From sequence record DRR723986_11381: DNA of 52,705 nt, one strand, 5' to 3'. The notes below the pieces were generated by a model. That model was not told the origin of the DNA. It saw only the letters and a program-made list of their open reading frames with translations, and made no database searches. This document shows, piece after piece, positions 49,925-52,705 of the stretch; within the stretch, counting starts at the first letter, position 1; each line of letters begins with the position of its first letter. The position numbers and the translations under genes are program-made.

Positions 49925-50885
49925 GTCCAAAATGCTTACCGACCAACTCACGATTGCCCTTGCGCAGATCAAAACGATCTGGATGCACAAGGTTGCAACC
50001 CTTGAGAAGATCGCTGAACACATCGATTTGGCCGCACAACAAGGAGCGAACCTGGTCGTTTTCGGCGAAGCGCTCGTACCTGGCTACCCATTCTGGCTTG
50101 ACTGTACCGGTGGAGCAAAATTCAATTCCCAACGCCAGAAAGAGATGTTCGCGCTTTATGCACGACAGGCCGTGGATATCGAAAACGGCGATCTCGATCA
50201 AGTTTGCCAGCTAGCCAAGAAGCACTCGATCGCAATCTACCTTGGAACGATCGAAAGGCCAGCGGACCGTGGGGGAATGAGTCTTTATTGCTCCATGATC
50301 TACATCGACGCCCTTGGCAAAATCCAATCTGTGCACCGGAAACTGATGCCAACCTACGAGGAACGTTTAGTTTGGTCGACTGGTGACGGCAATGGGCTCG
50401 TTACCCACAAGCTCGGCAACTTTCGTGTTGGCGGATTGAATTGCTGGGAAAACTGGATGCCACTAGCCAGAACATCGCTGTACGCCCAAGGTGAAAACCT
50501 GCATGTAGCGATCTGGCCTGGTGTACCGCGGAACACTGTCGACATCACCCCTTTCCTGGCGAAAGAGGGACGCTCTTTCTCGGTCTCAGTTTGCGGCATG
50601 CTCCATACCGAAGATATCCCCAAAGAAGTGCCACTGCGTGAGGAGATCATCGCCAATGGAGGTCATCGATGGTTGGCCAGCGGTGGTTCTTGTATCGCCG
50701 CGCCGGATGGGTCCTGGATTCTCGAACCACAGATTGAATCCGAGGGGCTCTTTGTCCACCAACTAGATCTAGATTGTGTACGTGAAGAGCGTCAGAATTT
50801 CGACCCGACCGGTCACTATTCGCGCCCCGACGTCCTGCAGCTCTCCGTCAACCGAACTCGCCAGTCCACCGAGAAACCTAGTTGA
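49917..50885 (+). CDS. Nitrilase / carbon-nitrogen hydrolase
   Basis: E-K-C triad: VFGEALVPGYP, HRKLMPTYEER, LNCWENWMP; C-terminal DPTGHYSRPD. Confidence 0.93.
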   Translation: MSESKMLTDQLTIALAQIKTIWMHKVATLEKIAEHIDLAAQQGANLVVFGEALVPGYPFWLDCTGGAKFNSQRQKEMFALYARQAVDIENGDLDQVCQLAKKHSIAIYLGTIERPADRGGMSLYCSMIYIDALGKIQSVHRKLMPTYEERLVWSTGDGNGLVTHKLGNFRVGGLNCWENWMPLARTSLYAQGENLHVAIWPGVPRNTVDITPFLAKEGRSFSVSVCGMLHTEDIPKEVPLREEIIANGGHRWLASGGSCIAAPDGSWILEPQIESEGLFVHQLDLDCVREERQNFDPTGHYSRPDVLQLSVNRTRQSTEKPS

Positions 50886-50906
50886 ATTAGCATCTTTTCC
50901 AAACAG

Positions 50907-51635
50907 CTAATCACTCGTTGGCCGAAGCCATACAAACAATCCGTCACACTCACCGTCGGGCATTGTGTACTGCGTGCCACTGGAGGTCTCTTCGGACACA
51001 GCCAAGCGCATCTGGTGTAGCACGACTGGTTGATTCGCCGCAAACTCCTGGCTCTGCTCGGCGGCACCGAAGAAGCTCGCTCCGCTGCTGAAACTGGCCT
51101 CCCAAGATTCCGAGGGCTGTTCGCTAAACACGACGCGATCGTCGAGCAACACTACAACCTTCGATGATCGGCCAGACGATGAATAAATACGAACCGCTAC
51201 CTCGTGTTCACCAGGCGGTACCTCGACCGCTGCCGCTGGTTGGGGATTCAGCCAATCCTTAGGTGTGCTTTGTTCAGTGTTGTCAACAATTTGACCAGCC
51301 CCCCCCTCCAAGGCAATACACAACTGATACCCTGACGGAGAAATATGTTCTCCTGGAACGTGCAGACCATAGCGATCCTCGTATAGACTCACCGACGGAC
51401 GCTTGATCACAACAATTTTGTTTGGGTCGTGCACAACAAGTTCACGAGCGAGGCGCTGCATCGCGTCGATTCGTTGAGTCGCACGTTCAATCTGCGGGCC
51501 TGTTTGCCAAAGTGCTGTTAGCGCTGCGACCAGCGCAGTTACTAACAGTACATTCAGTAGAGTGAACCGAGTCTTACCGCCCGGCGGTTCTGCCGACTTG
51601 GCTTCGTTGTTTGCATCCACTGGCGTTCTACTCAC
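50907..51635 (-). CDS. Hypothetical single-pass membrane protein
   Basis: RFTLLNVLLVTALVAALTALW TM, short coil, then ELVVHDP; start overlaps the upstream gene's stop. Confidence 0.7.
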   Translation of the reverse strand: MSRTPVDANNEAKSAEPPGGKTRFTLLNVLLVTALVAALTALWQTGPQIERATQRIDAMQRLARELVVHDPNKIVVIKRPSVSLYEDRYGLHVPGEHISPSGYQLCIALEGGAGQIVDNTEQSTPKDWLNPQPAAAVEVPPGEHEVAVRIYSSSGRSSKVVVLLDDRVVFSEQPSESWEASFSSGASFFGAAEQSQEFAANQPVVLHQMRLAVSEETSSGTQYTMPDGECDGLFVWLRPTSD

Positions 51636-52317
51636 CCGAGCTGGCTCCCTCGCCTAAGACCCCTAGCTCAATTCGCTGAAAAGCGGCCTGGGTACCAATT
51701 TGCAGCTTCAGCAAAGGCGACTTCTCCAGAAGCTTGCGTGTTGACTCAGAAAGCTTTGCAGTCCGGAGAACATCTGGGGGCACGGTGACCACCAACATAT
51801 CAACGACATCTGCTTTGTGAATTTCGGCTGTCTCAAGCTGTCCCACGATCTCGATCTCACACGCCGCCCAATGCTCGTCTAGGAAGTCCACGATTTCCTG
51901 ACTTACGGCGTCACGACTAATGCCACCACCTATGTGCATGAAGAATGCTCGCCGTCCGTATGCGGTATCATATCCCCACCGCATCTCGGCTTGTTCGGAG
52001 TCGATGCCCATGACCAGGCTGCGAGACCTCGATTGGCCGAGCTGTAGTCTTACTTCCAACTCGGTTGTCGATGGAATGACCGCTTGCCAAACCAACGACT
52101 TCAATCCGGTCTGATTGACCAGCCTGAGATAATACTGCCCTGGATCGTTCGCTTCGATCAGGTAGATTCTTTCTGCGAGAGCGTCCACCCGAGCCTCAAG
52201 ATCGTGCAGTTTGGCGCGTCGGGCCAGCAGCAGGCTGCAGACGCCAATGCAAGCTACCAGCAAGACTACGTTCAGGGCTCGGCTCATTGCTATTCTCAAT
52301 ATACGCGTGACCGCCAT
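51628..52317 (-). CDS. Hypothetical single-pass membrane protein
   Basis: ALNVVLLVACIGVCSLLL TM, coil, then LIEANDP. Start trimmed to ATG 52317 because the longer ORF overlaps the divergent helicase. Confidence 0.65.
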   Translation of the reverse strand: MAVTRILRIAMSRALNVVLLVACIGVCSLLLARRAKLHDLEARVDALAERIYLIEANDPGQYYLRLVNQTGLKSLVWQAVIPSTTELEVRLQLGQSRSRSLVMGIDSEQAEMRWGYDTAYGRRAFFMHIGGGISRDAVSQEIVDFLDEHWAACEIEIVGQLETAEIHKADVVDMLVVTVPPDVLRTAKLSESTRKLLEKSPLLKLQIGTQAAFQRIELGVLGEGASSGE

Positions 52318-52413
52318 AGCTGCTTCCCGGGTGGTCAGCACCTGATTGCGGAGTATCGAGCCTAACACCAACCGTCCAATCAATCCACTGCCCCTGAGGC
52401 GAACTGATCCAAC

Positions 52414-52705
52414 GTGACGAATGCTGCCCTGAAGAAGACCGAAGAGTACTTCGCCGCAATAGGATTCACCCCGTTCCGTTTTCAACGTTCGATGTGGCGA
52501 GCGTATCGCGACGGCGAGAGTGGGCTCTTGCACTCAGCAACAGGTACAGGAAAGACGCTGGCCGCCTGGATGGGCCCCATTCAAACTTGGCTTGCCGAAC
52601 AGCCTTCGGCACGTGGCAGGAGCAAGTCGCCGCGTCAGAGTGGGCTCCGCGCTCTGTGGATTACGCCACTGCGGGCACTTGCAAGTGATACGTTGGAGGC
52701 ATTGC
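52414..52705 (+). CDS. 5' end of an Lhr-like DEXH-box helicase (ligase-associated DNA damage response type); runs off the window
   Basis: Manual translation from GTG 52414: VTNAALKKTEEYFAAIGFTPFRFQRSMWRAYRDGESGLLHSATGTGKTLAAWMGP...LRALWITPLRALASDT (Q motif, Walker A, motif Ia). Not in the ORF track. Confidence 0.9.
   Translation, partial: MTNAALKKTEEYFAAIGFTPFRFQRSMWRAYRDGESGLLHSATGTGKTLAAWMGPIQTWLAEQPSARGRSKSPRQSGLRALWITPLRALASDTLEAL

Noticed and set aside
1-52705. Mobile elements, prophage or defence island
   Set aside because: No transposase, integrase, phage structural, restriction-modification or toxin-antitoxin motifs were recognised; the content is core plus typical planctomycete accessory genes.

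Overview
Gene-dense bacterial chromosomal window with typical Planctomycetota (Pirellulaceae-like) gene content: a DUF1559 prepilin-like gene with partner lipoproteins, a PVC-type heme-c protein, a sulfatase, a PEP-CTERM gene, an FG-GAP/ASPIC-UnbV protein and an ECF sigma factor. It holds two separated, oppositely oriented parts of the flagellar hook region (fliJ-motE-like-fliK at the left end on +; flgD-flgE at 32.7-35.7 kb on -). Housekeeping genes are aroC, lipA, smpB, purB, rplS, metG, tatC, a mannose-6-phosphate isomerase and comEC. There are also an ABC transporter pair, several hydrolases, and the 5' end of an Lhr-like DEXH helicase that the ORF track missed. I saw no rRNA, tRNA, CRISPR array, transposase or integrase. 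Most notable observations: (1) an unannotated ~550-nt minus-strand unit at 26.2-26.75 kb, bounded by a sigma54-type promoter and a strong terminator and rich in hairpins with GGA motifs (candidate regulatory sRNA or small-peptide gene); (2) a PVC heme-c/beta-propeller protein whose domain order looks circularly permuted; (3) a beta-lactamase-like hydrolase fused to a GAT/BPL_N-like domain; (4) FlgE with a tandem-duplicated insert; (5) a PEP-CTERM gene split by a 1-nt frameshift; (6) a possible ~32-kb inversion separating fliK from flgD. All family calls come from motif recognition by eye, not database searches.
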